A DNA stretch of 64,000 nucleotides. Origin: Trichinella spiralis (lineage: Eukaryota). This document shows positions 1-11,460 of this stretch, one piece after another. The notes under the pieces were generated by a model. The model had not been told where the DNA came from. It was given only the letters and a program-made list of their open reading frames with translations, and did not search any database. The stretch lies in contig NW_003526944.1 in NCBI RefSeq assembly GCF_000181795.1, positions 4,479,293 to 4,543,292 on the forward strand, written 5' to 3'. The stretch's first letter is position 1. Each line of letters opens with the position of its first letter. A program made the translations under genes and the position numbers.

Positions 1-24
1 TTTCAAACAGCGTCCATTACCACA

Positions 25-264
25 CAAATGGACAGGGTCATCTCTTTGAAACCGGTCTCTGGCCAGCACGGGACTAGGAGACTCCGCCGAGGGAAGTCCC
101 CGTTAACGGGCAGGAGGGCGGGGGGCGGCGCGGGGGCGGTCGGGCTGAAAAAAAACCTTGCTTGAGATCCCATTGCTGGGATCCGAGCAAGACGGCAGCC
201 CTCTGGTACGCACCCGAATCCACCACAGAGAGGTGAGCTTGAAAAATGGAACTCTGATCATTTG
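25..264 (+). repeat. GC-rich ~240-nt element, copy 1 (structured RNA or TE remnant, unidentified)
   Basis: Collinear with 433-649. Shared blocks include AAATGGACAGRGTCATCTC, GCCAGCACGGGA, CCCCGTT, GGGGCGGCGC, CCTCTGGTAC, AGAGGTGAGCT and ATCATTTG. The two ends are self-complementary. Confidence 0.75.
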
Positions 265-432
265 NNNNNNNNNNTCTGGATTGGAGCCGAAACAGAGTCC
301 CAGCACTACGTCCACTGTGAATTTGCATATCTGCCTCTAGGACAGATACGACTTATGAATTCACACAGATGTTGAAATCCCATAGCGGAGTGCAATGCTA
401 CAGGCTTCAGAGGTGGGACCTTTCCTATAAGA

Positions 433-649
433 AAATGGACAGAGTCATCTCAAGAAAGTCGATCCAGCCAGCACGGGAACTTGTGCAATGAGACTCAGCC
501 GTGGGGGCCCCCGTTCAAGGGCAGGGGAGCGAGGGGCGGCGCAGGGGCAGTTGAGCTAGGCTTGACCTTGTTTCCAAGGCGGCAGGCCTCTGGTACCGCA
601 ACCGGGTGAGGAAGAGGTGAGCTGTGAAAATACGGACTTTCATCATTTG
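433..649 (+). repeat. GC-rich ~220-nt element, copy 2
   Basis: Diverged copy of 25-264, lying beyond the 10-N gap at 265-274. Confidence 0.75.
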
Positions 650-1086
650 AGACGGTTAGGGTCGCGTCGTGCAGTGTAACCCATCGAACTCCTGCACACC
701 ACCCTATCTCACATTCCTCCTATCCTTGCACTGCTATTCTCAAACATTTACTTATTCTAATACTCAAACTATAGCAGTGCTACCAACTCACTATGCTCAA
801 AAATTGTCCTTTGAAATGGTCGACAAATTACTCAACCATTTTCTCTTTCCGCAAATGAACCCTAAACTCAACTCGAAAGGCATGGGACATGAAAACGTTC
901 AAATGCGGAAAGCCACTCAAATTAATTATAATAATACTCATGATCTACATCCAATTACTCTAATTAACAAACAATCATGCTCGATAACTTACAGCTCGAA
1001 TTTATATAAATTACAGACTCAAGAACTCCTCAGTGAAGTTTAACTAATTAGACTAACTCAAAGAATTATACTTACCTAACTTACCT

Positions 1087-1300
1087 TTGTCTTTGGGATG
1101 TCTTCTTTTATCTTCAATTCTTCTGTATCTAAATGTAGAAGAATTAATTTAATGAAATAATGTTATAATAAATAAAAAAACAAAGCCATTTTTAATGGTT
1201 TTCTTCGTCTGTCATTGCATTAAAAGCGCCATTGTTCATTCGCCGCACCTCGTTCGCCTACAATCATTTGAAATGAATTTCTAGAGCAACTAATAGTAGC
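1087..1300 (-). pseudogene. Decayed minus-strand exon pair, paralogous to 10590-10870 and 11310-11460; product unknown
   Basis: Shares the CCTACAAT(T)CATT(T/C/G)...AAATGAA block, which reads as a minus-strand TTGTAG acceptor. A mini-exon at ~1087-1129 is bounded by TTTAG and GTAAGT. Confidence 0.35.
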
Positions 1301-3339
1301 CACAGGAAAATTTACATAAAGTTCATTCCAATCTACTAATATGTATGAAACGAATACTCATTTTGTTGAACAAATATTATGCAGGTCACGCATAAGCTCA
1401 AAAGCAAACAAATTGAAATTGCATGCTAATTTTAGTTGAAACTGCATCACGCCTTTGTTTCAAAAGATAACATTTTCTATATCTAGGAACATGCCTTCGT
1501 CATTGCATAATGCACAAATGAACTGGGTAAATGTCGTTCAACGCTGCTTTCAGTTTACAAAGTCAACATACATTGTGAATGGTTAATATGAAGGCAATTT
1601 TCAAACGGCCCCTATTTGCATAAATCTCAGACATGGCGCATGCAACGTTAAAAGCCTGCTTAAGTAAGTTGAATATGCTACCAAATGATGAATTTGAACA
1701 TAATGTCAACACAATATAAGCAATAAGTGTGCACACTGTGCCCATTGCTTGCGTTGGTTGCACTCTCTGACACGCAAAGGTAGCTGGATGAAAATGTTGA
1801 TTTATCTAATGTCCTAATGATATAAAACTTCAAAAGCAACATGAAGTGAGAATAAAATTAAATAATTTCTGTATAAAAAATAGTATTTTTTGTTTTCCAT
1901 AATAGAAAACACTATGCTCTTAGTCATATTTGACCATTACAGTAGAGAATGAAATTGAATGCCTTATGCAAATGCAAATTGAATACTTCTAATTGAATTC
2001 TACAGTTACATCTAGACAGTTACGCGAAATATCAAATGAAATATGCATTTTTTCAAAATGTCAACGTTCAGTTATATGTAACTGAGAATTTTGTTTCAAA
2101 AGTATTTTAAGTTCTGCGCATCTTCAGACTGTAAAATTCTTAAATATACTTAAACTTGCATGCATTCATAGCAAAGCATAAGGAGAATAATTTTCAGTAC
2201 TACATTTTTACCTGAATGCACATTTTTACTCTTGCACCTTGGTTACTCGCCCCCATCATTAATGGAACATCGGTGAAATAAAATAATAACTATGGATATA
2301 ATGTGCCACAACCTCATGTGGGAATTACTTAGTAAACTTCTTATGGATAATTTAGCAATTTAAGTAATGCATATTACTGTATTTTCAATTATTAATTCTT
2401 TCTCTAATTTTATTTTTGAAGTATACTTTAACTAAATAATTATAGAATTTTTTCACTTTTCTTCATTTCATCTTCTTTATTTCCTTTTTATGCTTTGTAT
2501 GCTGTGTTCATGTAAAACAAAACTGTCTTTTGGAAATACGTCCTCAAGAGGGTTAAAGAGCGATGGGCACCGCACAAAGCTCACGGGTGAATCAGTACCA
2601 CAGAAATCAAGCGATCAGGAGAAAATCCTGGAACTCGCAGGCTGCTTCTTCAGGCATCGCGCTAAGTGACAGGTGCAGCTTTCAACCCTCACCAACGACT
2701 TGTTGGAAGTGAAAGTTTTCGAGGTGGGTGAGCCATAATTCCACGTTGTCAATGTTGAGAGTTGGTACTTATGCCGTCGTTGTGATCAATTTATTTAAGA
2801 AGTGTCCGGCGCCGTCAATATTACGAAGAGACAGCATCATATCAAGATCACTCACGTATGAACAAATGTCGTGAACGTGAAGGACTAGAAAGATCGGACT
2901 CGTAAAATACAGCAACGATAGAAAGAAAGAATGAGGGATAGTCTCGAATGTTGGTGAGAACGGAGAAAGCGCAACTGAAGCCCTTCAAAGTGGGGTAATA
3001 GGTCGGGAGGGTAGAGATGATTTCCCCAAAGAAATCTGTCTACTTCATTACCCTGTATTTCATTGGTTGCTGCTCTGATGTACCCCAGTAAACTTTATTG
3101 AACTGAAACATGGTGTTCGCTGACGAATTTGCATAAAGAATGTGCCTTACATGTCCTGTTAGCTTAGGAAAATTAGAGTTATGCAGTCGCTACTCTGGGC
3201 AACGCAACCAATGAAATTTATCTACGGAACAACCAATGAAATTTCGATGATAACCACTAGACGGTGTTCGCTTGGAGAAATGGTTACTAGATCCGGAATC
3301 AAATACACTTGCGTAGTTTAGTCGTCCCTATAATAGGAA

Positions 3340-3660
3340 ATGCGTTTTGTTAAGTTGCCTCTGAGAAAGATAAAGAACTGATCGAAAAAGGTTTCAAAAA
3401 TAAATAAAATTTGTTCCTGACTTTTCTTTAACGCTTACAGCATTCTTAAACCTTGAAATTTTTTAAACGTAATTTCTTTGATGAATTGCGGTTCTGAAAT
3501 GATAATTAGTCAAAATGAAGAGATGGGAATGCAAATTTTATGCAATATTGCATTTATCCGTTTCACAAATGTAAAACTTGAAAACCAGTTGTTTTATCAG
3601 ATTTCGCAAAAACTCATCGATTGCATATTATTCAAAATTTGTGATCGCAGTACTGTTTTC
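3340..3660 (-). pseudogene. LRR fragment of a Toll-like receptor pseudogene (partial copy)
   Basis: Minus-strand translation gives FLRNLIKQL...HFRT/IKEITFKKFQGLRML*AL, fitting the LRR consensus LxLxxNxIxxIxxxxFxGLxxL. DNA repeat of 5810-6060 and 7045-7260. Confidence 0.55.
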
Positions 3661-3669
3661 ATATAATTT

Positions 3670-5600
3670 CATATAATATACAATTGCAATAATGAATTCG
3701 TTGCCCTTTTATAGTAACATTCCATTACGTTTACTGAACAATAAATATCTCAAACTATTGAAAAAAATACAATGAAGGGCACACTTAGTTGTGATGAATT
3801 CTTAATTTATTTACTTTTATTACAATTTCATACAATTGGTATCGCAAACTGCCACAGTAAAAGCACATTTTCACATGCGGCATATAGCTAGAATTGAAAA
3901 GCGAAACAGAATTCAAAGAAGGACATGTTTGGTATCAATAAGAAGCTAATTGAATAATAAAAACCATCCACTATATCTTTTTTTCGAACAAATTCAGACA
4001 ATCAAGACGTACGTTTTGACATTCAGGGATTAATCCATGTTGAAGGAAGATAAACTTTAAAATTCATTTCAATCAAGCATTATAAAAAGATAAATTAATA
4101 GAGAATGAGAATGTTGAAGTATTTTTTTCCGTTTCAGATTTTTCTAAAACAACGTTCAACAAATTAATCAAAACCGGCAGAAAATGAAGGAAAAATGGAT
4201 TGTTCAAACAAGCAAAATACTGAACAAGGCAGCACAAGTTGAATGCATAGCTCACACAAGTGTCAGAAATGCTACATTCGTTGAAGATCATGCATCCTGG
4301 TTCCATTTCGCTGTGGTTACAGATGTGCAACGTTCCTGTATGAAGTTGTATTCAGATTAATAAGATTGCGCAAGTATTAACGTATTATGTGTATTAAGAT
4401 AGATGGAATGCGCAAAGTTCAGAGGCCATTTTTTCCAAAACTACTTGTCAATTTCCACTGAAATTCTCTATAACGCCATCTTTAATATTCTGAATATCCA
4501 CCATTCAAGAAAAGTAGTAATTTCGAAAAAAACATTTTTGACCTTTTTTCGCAGTACAGCGAAGGCCGAAAAATGCGATATTAGTAAGAATGGAATGAGG
4601 AGAAATAAAATGAAATAAATATATAAGCATGCATAGAAAGTCATTACGCTGAACTTTACATAAAAACATTTAAAGGTTTCACCAAAAATATTTTCAAATT
4701 TGAATAACATATTCCCCATTTTTGTTTAGAGATTACTGCATCACTCAAGCTTTAATTTTCATTTTTCAAAATTTTATTGATGGATTGGGCTGCAGATTTA
4801 AGAATTACGGGAACATTCATCGTAGATTACATTATTTCTACTGTAAATTTGAAATTTCCTATCTAATAAGTTTACTAGCTTATACATTTAATCAGTCACT
4901 GCATATTATTGAAAAGATATGCACATTTAGCTTACATAATAATGTTCACACTTAATTTCTGACTAAGAGGTAAGAGGTTCATTGAAATCATTCAAACATA
5001 ATCAGATCGGGAGCTCAGTAATGAAACGTAACCTACCTTGTAATTGTAGATGATACTGAGGAGAGTTGAACGCGCTGCTTGATGGCTATTCTACACACTA
5101 ATAAACTGAATAACCATTGGGATAACATTCTTGAAAGTGGGTCAAGCGGAAGTCTGAGGAAGTAGAATGTGCCATAGCTTGTGGTGGAATGATTTCAGTT
5201 TTAGTCAGTAATAGCATAATGACATAGTTACAAAGCCAATATTTACTTATATATGAAAGTTATTACTTTTTATTCAAATTTAATGTTATATTATTGAATG
5301 TAGATCTATCCATTTTCGAATGTAGATTTAAAAACTCATGGAAACTTCATCATAAACCTATTGTTGTTTATGAATCTATGTGAAGAAAAATTGGATTGCT
5401 CAAAATTAAAAAATATAGGAATTTTCGTTCAATCAAAAATTTCAAAATTTTCAAGAGCGTTATTCGTAAAATTCAAGCAGTTATTCATGAAATTCCAAAA
5501 GCTACAGCCCGTGAAATTTAGAAAATTTTTGATTAAATGATTCCCTTCGAAAAGTACAAAATCGATCAGAACAAATTAGAAAACAACAGCGAACGTGGCC
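3670..5600 (-). pseudogene. Decayed Toll-like receptor-like pseudogene (LRRs, internal Cys cluster, LRR-CT, eroded TM, TIR-like)
   Basis: In order, with many stops and frameshifts: FINNNRF...KWIDLHS (~5295-5315); TLLCKL; ECSRN...CSN; RNDFLCM; FLEWW; YFACLNNPFFLHFLPV; VDGFYYS...IDTKHVLL*IL...PHVKMCF. Confidence 0.55.
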
Positions 5601-5639
5601 AAACTGTTTGTCTATTCTATTCAAATGTCTTTGCTTCAC

Positions 5640-6060
5640 TATTTGTCGAGATATTACTTTGAAACCGGAACCTAAATGGGATATTAGGTGGGAAGAAAAC
5701 GAGAGGTAATGAAATATACAGAATAAATAAGTATACAAAGAAAATGCTTTTGTGAAGTTTTCTCGCAAACGGTAACAGAATTCAGCCAAGATAAGTATCT
5801 TCAACAAAGAAACTTTGTTCTTGACTGTTCTTTATCGTTTACAGCATTCTTAAACTTTAAAATTTTTTAAACGTAATTTCTTTCATTGCGCTTCTGAAAT
5901 GAGAATAAGTCAACGTGACGAGATGGGAATTTAATTTTTATGGCATGTTACATTTGTTACGTCTATAAATGTGATATTTGAAAACTATTTGTTTTATAAA
6001 ATCTTTCAAAAAATCAGCGACTGCGTGTTACTACAAATTTATGGACGTCAGTCCTGCACA
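5640..6060 (-). pseudogene. Partial TLR-like copy: last LRRs plus start of LRR-CT
   Basis: Reads MKEITFKKF*SLRML, FVEDTYLG/LNSV, then NIPFRFRF as a decayed NPFxCxC. DNA repeat of ~6900-7260. Confidence 0.5.
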
Positions 6061-6069
6061 GTACTTCTT

Positions 6070-7750
6070 TTTTAGTTTTTCAATTATTACAAATGCAATT
6101 ACGCTCGGCTTTCCTAACAATATCCCATTACTTTTATTAAAATTCTAAGTAAATATCTCAAAAGATTGGGAAATATACATTTTGACATTTAGTTGTGATC
6201 AGTTGTTAATTTATTTACTTTCATTACTCTTCTATACATTTGTTATCGTAACCTACTACATTAAAACCACATTTTCAAATGTGTTAATCAGCTACAACTA
6301 AAAATAAAAAATTAATTCAAAAAGAGACAAGTTTGGACTAATTGTATAGTAATAGTCATAAACAGCATAATATTCCGTGTAATAACTGTTTTTTCAAACA
6401 ATTGAGGCATTCAAGGCGTACGTTATGACAATCAGGTATTAATCAATGTTGATGGTAAATAACGTTGAAAAATCAACAAATATTAGTATAACGAAAAAAT
6501 AAACAAACAGAAACCAGCACGTTGAAGTATATATTTCCATTTCAGCTTGTTTTGAAACAAATTCCATCGAAGCAATCATTACGGGCTGATAATGAAGGAA
6601 AAATGGAATTCCCAAACAAGTGAAATATTGCACCAAGCTGTTCATTTTCAATGCCCACTTTCATCAAATGCCCAAATCACGCATCTTAGTTCTGTTTCGT
6701 GGAATTTTCAGATGGACGACATTCCTAAGTATTAAACTAGGCACAATGTGCTAACTTTAGAAGCATTTATTCCACAATTACTGGGCAATTTCCGCTGAAA
6801 CTCTCCATAACACCATCATTCATTATTGTAAACAACCACCATTCAAAGAAAGCAGAAATTATGACAAATAATTTTTGGCCATTTTTCGCAAAGCAGCGAT
6901 GGCAGAAGCATGCGATATTAGTGCGAATCTAAAGAAGAGAAATGAAATATACAGTATAAATAAGTATGCAAGTAAAATGATTTCGTGAAGATTTATCCCA
7001 AATGTTTAAAGAATCGAGCGAAGAGGTATTTTCTTCAAATAACATTTGTTCCTGGCTTTATCGCTTAAAGCATTCGTAAGCCTTAAAATGTTTTAAACGT
7101 AATTTCTTTGATTAGGTGGCTTCTGAAATGAGAATTAGTCAAATTAAACAGATAGGAATGAAATTTTGATGCAATATAGTATTTGTTCCTTCTATAAATA
7201 TCAAATTTAGAAAACAGTTGTTTTATCAGATTTCTATATAAATCATTGTTTGCTGGAATTTTGTTTAAAATAAACATCTGTGATTGTATATTTTGTGTAA
7301 ACTGTATTAAATTTGTTTTTCAATATTAAAAATAAACCGACTACTGAGTTGACTAAACAATCAAGTTGCAATTGTTGTAATACGATGATAACCAAATGTT
7401 CAACATTCCAGATTAAAAAAAAATCTGTTGCATTTCGAAATCATTTTACCAAACAAAACTGAAAGCAAAAGAGAATGAAATATTTAATTTGCTAAGAACA
7501 AGACCGTCAATTCTATTTTCCTTTATTTCACTGTTCAGGGTTCATCACTAGCTTCTGCTTTTTTCTGCGTCATAGGTTAGAGATATCTTTTCGAATAATA
7601 TGAATAAATAATAGTGAATATCAGTTTGCATCTCAAAGAATCAACGTGAGCTAATGCACAAAGGGAACTGCTGAACGCTCAAGAGCACAAATCATAATGA
7701 TAAATAATAGTTGTAAACAAATATTGAAACAATAGCTTAATGTAGCACAT
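6070..7750 (-). pseudogene. Decayed Toll-like receptor-like pseudogene (LRRs, LRR-CT, TM, TIR-like)
   Basis: In order: LSKLNIS; LEC*TFGYHRITTIAT*LFSQLSS; DLYRNLIKQL; LFNLTNSHFRSHLIKEITFKTF*GLRML; TNIACFC...FFEWW; YFTCLGIPFFLHYQPV; TM-like TCWFLFVYFFVILIFV (~6460-6520); then EYYAVYDY...HLKMWF. Confidence 0.6.
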
Positions 7751-8149
7751 TGAAATAATCTTCTGTAATCAGCGAAATGTAAAAAGACAAAGCTATTTAA
7801 AAGCATCATTTGCTAAGTCCAAAACATATATACACTATTCCACATTACATATAAAAGAAGAACTTTGTTTCAAAAAATAAGAAATGTGATTATCCATGTC
7901 CATATTAAGTAATTTACTGGTTAAGTGTCCCATATTTGGGAAAACTTTGATGGAAAACAATTATCCAATCAATGACCAAACCTATGTAGCTAATCAAGTG
8001 CTACAAATTATTCAACCAATTATTGATGCAAATTTGGTAACAAATAAAACAGCATAACTCATTACCCAATTACTAATCAATAGCCGTACAGCCAATCAAC
8101 GACTAGCCAATCACCAAAAGGGAATGCAGCTAGGGAAAATCTGGACCGG

Positions 8150-9950
8150 ACAAAGTGGGACAATCCCCAAATTGCCACATTAAATCCACATTTTCACACG
8201 CGGCATATACTTACATTTGAAAAGCGAAATTGAATTCAAAGAAGGACATGATTGATATCAATAAGAAGCTAATTGAATCCTAAAGATGATGAACTACATT
8301 TCATTAAATGATATGATAGTTTTTTGAACAAATATGGACATGAAAAGCGTACGCCATGATATTCAGGCATTAATCCTAGTTGAAGGAAAATAACGTTGAA
8401 AATTCATTTCAATCAATATTTTTTACATAAATCTCATTTTCTAAAATGAGATTTTAGCTAACGTCCTGCGTAGCGCAACGAAGTGTTCATTAGTATGGAT
8501 AGTTGATTATTTAAAAATTATTATGCATGGAGGCAGTGAATTTGATCTGTATATTAGTCAGCGAAACTGAAATCCATTAATTTGCATGTAACCCACAGTC
8601 TGTAGTGATGCATACATGGAACGTTAGTAGAATTGTATAAATAACTTACCTTTCAACTATCGATGATATTGAAGCGGAGACTTTATTGCAGTTCTTGAAT
8701 GATGTTCATCATACATATTACTTTGAAGACTATGAATAACTATGAAGATGACATTTTGAAAAGTAGGTGTGGTTCAAGGAAATAGAATAATATGACCTAG
8801 CCTAGGGTGATGTAAATTCATTTTTGTTCTGTTACAGAGCAACGGTGTAGAAACATTATGGTAAACTTTACTAACTGCTAAACGTTATTACGATTTCACT
8901 GTAATTTATAAAGTATTGTATGTAGAATGTAGAACAATTCCCTTTTGAGTCATGAATGCTTATCAGACTCTTCTTGATCTTCGTTAATCTAAATTCCTTT
9001 CCATTTCTGTTGTGTTATTATGATTTAAATCAATGTTCATCCATAATTGTCTATGGATTTGTTAGTGATTTTGTTTCAAGCTAAATTGCCGCCCTTTTAC
9101 AACTGAATTTGCATACCTGAATATCAGCGGCAGCTGAACGATGAACATGCTGTTGATCTGAAATATTGCAAGGTTATTTTACTGAAAATTAGCAAACACA
9201 TAATAAAAAGATTTTCCCCCAAAACTGATGTATTTGAAATACATTCAAAAATAGAGTAACCAACTATTATCCTTGTCGCTACAGCTGAGTCGTTCAGAAA
9301 AGCAGGGCACATTAAATAATCAATAATTCATAAATAACTTTGAAAATGCGTTTCAATAAGTTTAAACAACTGATGATGATATAGAAAATATGCGTTAAAA
9401 TTACGTGCAAAGTAGATTAATTATTTTGTTATTATTCTGTAAAACAATACTTTCCATTTTCCCGGCAATTGAATTGTCCCTGAAATTACATTTCTCATAC
9501 AGTATCCAATGCTTCATCATTAATCGTATGCTCATAGTGGAGATTGAGTTGCTTATAAATTGCATAAAGTGAAAATTCGTGTATATCCTGCAATCATGTA
9601 AATAAATCTGCCACATTTTTGTCGCCAGTACTTCTTTCTGATGGCGCATTTGTTCACATATTGTTCATGTGGATAACAAAGAAGCTATTTGAATTCAGAT
9701 AATAGAGATGGAAATATTTGAAACAGTTTGATAAGGGTGTATGGCAAATAATTTTAATAAATAGAAATTTTCTCATCAAAAAAATCTTATATCTTCAGTA
9801 AAATTGATGCTGCTTTTGTTAATGCATTAAAGCAATTCTGATAATTTTGAAAATTTTTATTTAAACAATTTCATTCAATAATAACTAACAACGGTTCAGA
9901 AATATCATATATTCAAAACGATTCGTTTTGATTACAAAGTTTATTACAAT
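8150..9950 (-). pseudogene. Decayed Toll-like receptor-like pseudogene (LRRs through juxtamembrane/TIR-like segment)
   Basis: In order: CFNALTK; NFRDNSI; (V)PAFLND...ISNTSVLGENL (~9205-9312); WMNIDLNHNNTTEM; EYHGVRF...IDINHVLL*I...PRVKMW. 8180-8420 is a DNA repeat of 3860-4075, and 8640-8830 resembles 5030-5200. Confidence 0.5.
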
Positions 9951-10589
9951 GTTGCTGTTTACAATAATTTTACAGATATCAATATTGCTAAATTGGAGTT
10001 TTAGCAAATTTCTCACCAATTGGTTATTGGTTAAAAAATTGGTTAATAATACCATGATTGGTTAATAAAAACAATTAAAAAATGTGCGTCTTGAAATTAA
10101 GCTAAGCGATAAATGAAAATAAATAATTGTTAACAAATGAAATTTTCAAAACATTGCATACAACGATTTTGCTGCGTCGAAGCCCACACACTGCATTATT
10201 TGAAATCTGAACCATGCAGGTTTTTCCGTACCTTAATTCAACTAGGGGATCACTTTACCCTTTCGAAGTATCCTCATACCAGACGTAAAAAATAGGGACC
10301 CACGCGAGACCCTATATACCTTTTGTTTTCCATTTCTGCTTCATGTTGCCCGCATCTTCATTATTTTTCGAATCGATTAAAATACGAAACATAAAATCAA
10401 ATGCTCACCTTCTTACGCATTAAAAATTGTAAATAATATGTTAATTTTGAAATCATATCCTCAAAAGTAGCACATCAGTGCTTTTCAATTAAACAGAAAT
10501 TTCACAAAATAAAATCATTACAAACTCAACATGAATTTTTCATTCTTAACTTGAAGATATAGCAATAACATGAAAAAGAATGCCACTTT

Positions 10590-11460
10590 TCTGAATAGGC
10601 GCCTTCTCATCGATCAACTCCATCTTGTTCTTCCAGTGCATTTCTAAATCATAAAGAATTATTTTCAGATAATTGAAATAAAGAATAAACAAAAAAATTA
10701 TCTGCATAATGGATGCTCATTCCGCTTTCCAGTGATTTCTCGTATTTGTTCAGTCAGCGCATATCGCTAACCTACAATTCATTCAAATGAAACTCACTGA
10801 TTGACAGTAGCCTAATCATATTATTGCACAGCCACGTCAGCGAAGCAAACAAAGCGCCCTGCTACTGGTAACACTACGTTCTGAGGAAAGCTCATTTGCA
10901 TAATTGAGAAACATCGTTCACGAAGCGTTATTCGATCAAGGCAAACTGCACTAGAACTGAACAGCAAATTATCTTTATGTTCAAAACATAATTGACATCT
11001 TGAAAAATTTAACTTACAATGATTATTAATGTGACATATTGGCACACTGAAGTAGTTACTTATAAACCAACCGTTTTGTTAGACATGAACTTTAATAAAT
11101 TATGGGCCACTTTCAATTTGTGTTGGTGAATTTACACTCTTGATATCGAGTTTGAGACCCACTTTTAATTAATCTCAATATTATTAAATCAAATGTCACT
11201 TACAATAGTAGTTATCTTTTCATCGTTCAATAATATCTTCTTTTAATGCAATTTGAATTTTCATGAATTATTTTCATGAAATAAACATGAAACAACCATA
11301 AGAGAACTTATTTGATTCACGGATGCTCGCAGAATGCTCTATTGGAATGGCGAAATTTCAAAGATCGCGCATCGTTATCCTACAATTCATTGAAATGAAA
11401 CTCACTGATTGAACTTAACCTAATGATCCTGTTACATAACACGTCAGCAACGCAAACAGG
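10590..11460 (-). repeat. Diverged ~610-bp-period duplication (10710-10860 vs 11320-11460), probably decayed exons
   Basis: Shared GGATGCTC...CCTACAATTCATT(C/G)AAATGAAACTCACTGATTGA...CACGTCAGC..GCAAACA. Confidence 0.7.

Noticed and set aside
88..145. GGGAAGTCCCCG...CGGGCAG resembling RNase MRP CR-I
   Set aside because: Not preserved in copy 2 (GGGGGCCCCCG), and there is no CR-V/P4 partner near the 3' end.
608..627. GAGGAAGA...TGAGCTGTGA resembling U3 snoRNA boxes C'/B
   Set aside because: Wrong position and spacing, absent from copy 1, and no box A.
654..661. GGTTAGGG as a telomeric repeat or telomerase template
   Set aside because: A single 8-mer, expected by chance.
1068..1086. ATACTTACCT matching the U1 snRNA 5' end
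   Set aside because: Downstream sequence is not U1; better read as two tandem minus-strand splice donors.
2540..3040. Relatively GC-rich block, possible TE remnant
   Set aside because: No ORF, terminal repeats or recognisable motif, so no call can be supported.
4185..4337. Plus-strand open frame MKEKW..QTS.IL, also present at ~6592
   Set aside because: It is the antisense of the LRR-CT-like segment; the minus-strand reading explains the whole repeat in order.
9123..9157. 10-bp hairpin, possible pre-miRNA
   Set aside because: The stem is too short and lies inside a pseudogene relic.
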